From Candidatus Latescibacterota bacterium (lineage in GTDB: Bacteria > Latescibacterota > UBA2968 > UBA8231), in contig OZ244561.1 in assembly GCA_965217585.1 (NCBI GenBank), positions 4,192,001-4,256,000 of the forward strand: a stretch of DNA of 64,000 nt, written 5' to 3'. Within the stretch, counting starts at the first letter, position 1; every line of letters starts with the position of its first letter. The position numbers and the translations under genes were made by a program. Below are positions 60,784-64,000 of the stretch, piece by piece. The notes beneath the pieces are model-generated. The model was not told the origin of the DNA. It searched no databases and saw only the letters and a program-made list of their open reading frames with translations.

Positions 60784-63071
60784 AGTGCCCGTACTTTCGC
60801 CATTTCGGTTTGCATATTGACCAGCCGGCGATAGACGCCGTCCTCCATATTGAGCAACTCTTCGTGGGTGCCGACCTCGGCGATGCGCCCTCTTTCTAAC
60901 ACCAGCAGTCGGTCGGCGTTTTTGAGCGTCGAGAGCCGGTGGGCGATGGCAAAGGTGGTGCGCCCGGTGACTAGCCGCTCAAGCGCCTCTTGGATCTCGA
61001 ATTCGGTTTGGGTATCGACCGAGGCGGTGGCCTCGTCGAGGATCAGGATGCGCGGGTTGCCGATCAGGGCGCGGGCAATGGAAATGCGCTGGCGCTCGCC
61101 GCCGGAGAGCCGACCGCCGCGCTCGCCAACTTGGGTGTCGTAGCCATCGGGAAAATTCATGATGAACTTGTGGGCATTGGCCGCGCGGGCCGCCTCGATG
61201 ACTTCTTGGCGCGTCGCGTTGGGGTGGCCGTAGGCGATATTGCTGGCGATGGAGCCTTGGAAGAGCAACGGCTCTTGCAAGACCACGCCGATTTGGTTGC
61301 GCAGCGCCTGCTGTTTGAGCCGGGTAATGGGCTGGCCGTCGATGCGGACTTGGCCGTCGGTGGCGTCGTAGAACCGCGAGATGAGGTTGACCAAGGTTGA
61401 CTTGCCAGCGCCGCTGGGGCCAACGATGCCGATCATCTCGCCGGGTTGGGTCTTAAAGTGGATGCGGTCGAGAATGCGCGCCGAGCCGTCGTACGTGAAG
61501 CTGACGTTGCGGAATTCTACTTCGCCTGTAAGCGGGCCGGGGTCGATAGCGTCGGGGTCGTCTTGGACTTCGGGCTCGGTGTCGATGATCTCGAAGACGC
61601 GCTCGGCGGTCGTCGCTGCGGTCTCTAGCTGCTCGGTGAGGTTACACAGCGAGCGCACGGGCGCGTAGAACATGACCATGTACGAGATAAAAGCCTGCAA
61701 GTCGCCCAAGGTCAGCGTGTTGCTGAGTACCCGGTTGCCGCCAAACCACCACAGGACGATCGAGCCGACCGAGGTTATAAAGGCGATCGTCGGGATGTAA
61801 TAGGAGCGCATCTTGAAGGCGGTCATCTGCGAGTCGCGCAGGTCTATATTGCGCTCGTTGAAGCGGTCGAGCTCGCGGTTTTCTTGGGCAAAGGCCTTGA
61901 CGACCTTGACGCCGGGGATGGAGTCGGCGAGCATGGAGTTGAGGGTGGCAATGCGGCGCCATATCCGGTGGAAAATCCAGTGGATGCGGTTGCGGTAGAT
62001 GATGGTGCCGACGATCATGAAGGGGATTGGGATCAGCGACAAAAGCGCCAATTCCCAATTCATTACAAATAGCATCGTGCAGATGCCGATGATGGTCAGC
62101 CCGTCGATGATAATGTCTTGGAATCCCGAGGTGATAAAGCTGCGCATGCGCTCGGTGTCGCTGGTAACGCGAGTCATGATCCGCCCAGTGCTGAGCTGGT
62201 TGTAAAACGTCAGCGACAGCAATTGCAAGTGTTGGAAAATTTGCATCTGCAAATCGTACACGACGCGCTGGCCGAGCCACCCTAGGGCGTACATCCGCAC
62301 GCCGCTGATGATGCTGCGGCCGATATAGATACCGAGCAGGCCGAGCACTACCCACAGCAGGAGTTGGACGCTCCAGTCAGGGGCCGAGGTCGCCTCGCCC
62401 TCGATGATACCCGCTTTCTCGTATTCGACGAGGACAGGGACGATGAGATCGTCGATGAGGATGCGGTTGAGCTGGGGCGGCAGCAGGCCGATGGCCGTCA
62501 GCACAATCGTCAGTGTGAACCCGAGCAGTGCCTTGCTTTTATAAGGCTTGATATAGGAAAACAACCGCCAGAAGGTCTCGGTCTGGCGCAAGCAGTTGGG
62601 GCAGACTTTGGAGCCGGAGCGGAGGGCGCGTCCGCAGGTGGAGCAGTGCTCTACTACTTTGACTGGATCGACCTGCGGCGGCCCGTCCTCTTCTGCGTCT
62701 TCTTCCTCGACCAAGCCAGCGCCTTCAATGGCTTGGGGCACGCCGGAGAATTTGTAGTACGCACTCTGCGAAAAGCGCAGCAGCTCGACGGTCTCATCCT
62801 CCAGCTCGACGACGAGGGCACCGCTGCCCACGTAGTTGCGGGTCTGGATGCCTTGCACTTCGTCCAAACCGAGGCGCACGGTCTCGGGCTTATCTGCGCC
62901 ATTGGGATGAAAGACGAGCATCCGCTCGTCGGTGAGCGCAAACCAAGAGTCGCCGTACTGCCCGTCGGGGCGAATGTCGGCGGCGAGAAGGACGATGAGC
63001 AGCTCACCGGGTTGCAATTCGCTGCGAATATGGGGCAATAGGCGTTCGGGTATAGGTTCGACTAGGTCCAA
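60780..63071 (-). CDS. ABC exporter (fused permease + ATPase) with N-terminal extension
   Basis: [32 protein letters not shown]; TM domain; CxxC..CxxC. Confidence 0.92.
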   Translation of the reverse strand: MDLVEPIPERLLPHIRSELQPGELLIVLLAADIRPDGQYGDSWFALTDERMLVFHPNGADKPETVRLGLDEVQGIQTRNYVGSGALVVELEDETVELLRFSQSAYYKFSGVPQAIEGAGLVEEEDAEEDGPPQVDPVKVVEHCSTCGRALRSGSKVCPNCLRQTETFWRLFSYIKPYKSKALLGFTLTIVLTAIGLLPPQLNRILIDDLIVPVLVEYEKAGIIEGEATSAPDWSVQLLLWVVLGLLGIYIGRSIISGVRMYALGWLGQRVVYDLQMQIFQHLQLLSLTFYNQLSTGRIMTRVTSDTERMRSFITSGFQDIIIDGLTIIGICTMLFVMNWELALLSLIPIPFMIVGTIIYRNRIHWIFHRIWRRIATLNSMLADSIPGVKVVKAFAQENRELDRFNERNIDLRDSQMTAFKMRSYYIPTIAFITSVGSIVLWWFGGNRVLSNTLTLGDLQAFISYMVMFYAPVRSLCNLTEQLETAATTAERVFEIIDTEPEVQDDPDAIDPGPLTGEVEFRNVSFTYDGSARILDRIHFKTQPGEMIGIVGPSGAGKSTLVNLISRFYDATDGQVRIDGQPITRLKQQALRNQIGVVLQEPLLFQGSIASNIAYGHPNATRQEVIEAARAANAHKFIMNFPDGYDTQVGERGGRLSGGERQRISIARALIGNPRILILDEATASVDTQTEFEIQEALERLVTGRTTFAIAHRLSTLKNADRLLVLERGRIAEVGTHEELLNMEDGVYRRLVNMQTEMAKVRAL

Positions 63072-63290
63072 AACGGTCCTATCCTATTGTTTTGTTTAAA
63101 CCGCGATTTGTATTGGGGGGAGGAGTGAGGCTCCGAGGTGGGGCGGGAGACTATCTGGGCGTCACTGTTTAAAAAGTTAAGGGTTTTTAGCAAAAGGGCA
63201 AACTCGGTGCGGCCCAAGCGAGTTTGCCCGATGGTTATTTAATGGTTGTATTGAAAGCTCACGGCAAAGCAACTGAAAAAGAGGAAGGCT

Positions 63291-64000
63291 ATGGCTATTA
63301 GCCAAGAGGAACTAAGGGGGCGGTTGGCCCAATTGCCGCGGTTGCAGCTCGCGTCTTTGCCCACGCCCTTGGAGGAATTAAAGCGCCTCAGCGCCCACCT
63401 AGCCGGCCCGCAAATTTGGGTCAAGCGCGACGATTTGACCGGTTTGGCTTTCGGCGGCAACAAGATCCGCGAGTTTGAATACCAGATCGCCCAAGCCGTA
63501 GAGCAGGGCTGCGACGTGCTGGTACACTCGGCCGCCGCCCAGTCGAATCAATCGCGGCAGACGGCCGCAGTGGCCGCAAAATTGGGGCTGTCTGCGGTGG
63601 TCGTTGGCCGCGACGACGCCCACGCCCAGACGCAGGGGAACCTGCTGTTGACCCGTCTCTTTGGCGCGGAGGTGGACCTGCCAGCGCCCGAGAATCAGTC
63701 GCGAACTGTGGCCGAGAAGATGTCCGCGCTGACCGCGGCCGGCCACCGCCCCTTTCACACCAGCTCGGACGCGCGCATCTTCCGCACTGTAGCGTACGTC
63801 GATGGGGCGTTGGAACTATTGGCCCAATGCGAAGAACAGGGCGTTGAGCCAGCGGCGATCTATCTGTGTTCGGGGGCGCATACCCACGTGGGCTTGGTGG
63901 TGGCGTTCAAGGCGCTGGGCATTGATATGCGGGTGGTGGGCATCAGCCCCTCGCCGCGCGACGATCAGCAGGCGGCAAAGGGGCATCTTGCGCTGGGGCG
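63291..64000 (+). CDS. D-cysteine desulfhydrase/ACC deaminase family PLP enzyme (partial, runs off the window)
   Basis: Own translation: LPTPLEE...IWVKRDDLTGLAFGGNKIR...QSNQSRQTAAVAAKLGL; absent from the ORF track because there is no stop in the window. Confidence 0.88.
   Translation, partial: MAISQEELRGRLAQLPRLQLASLPTPLEELKRLSAHLAGPQIWVKRDDLTGLAFGGNKIREFEYQIAQAVEQGCDVLVHSAAAQSNQSRQTAAVAAKLGLSAVVVGRDDAHAQTQGNLLLTRLFGAEVDLPAPENQSRTVAEKMSALTAAGHRPFHTSSDARIFRTVAYVDGALELLAQCEEQGVEPAAIYLCSGAHTHVGLVVAFKALGIDMRVVGISPSPRDDQQAAKGHLALG

Overview
GC-rich bacterial chromosome segment. The gene families and C-terminal signatures suggest an FCB-superphylum lineage such as Latescibacterota (inference). Housekeeping content: convergent bioA/bioB; nqrABCDEF-nqrM followed by atpZI-BEFHAGDC; tRNA-Met; an M16 peptidase; comF; pfk-pgk-tpiA(frameshifted)-secG-tRNA-Leu; a Trm112-like gene; dnaE; a TlpA-like gene; map; a GT2; a sugar isomerase; an ABC exporter with DUF1854; and a partial D-cysteine desulfhydrase-family gene. 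There are two accessory regions. (i) 15.8-22.1 kb, between atpC and tRNA-Met, holds an orphan with a candidate structured leader, a gene fragment, an internally duplicated CPBP protease and a hypothetical gene. (ii) A cell-envelope locus of about 22.5 kb (37.6-60.1 kb) is the best candidate for an undescribed system. It encodes four paralogous secreted proteins ending in an NPFTPNxDGxND...V(V/A)Y Ig-like sorting domain, a WGxIK-tailed CBM9-like protein, a candidate outer-membrane protein with Asp-rich repeats, a parvulin PPIase, a polytopic DUF6785-like membrane protein, a GT39-TPR protein and an SGNH-TPR protein. No CRISPR array, integrase, transposase or reverse transcriptase was seen. All family calls come from motif recognition by eye, not database searches.
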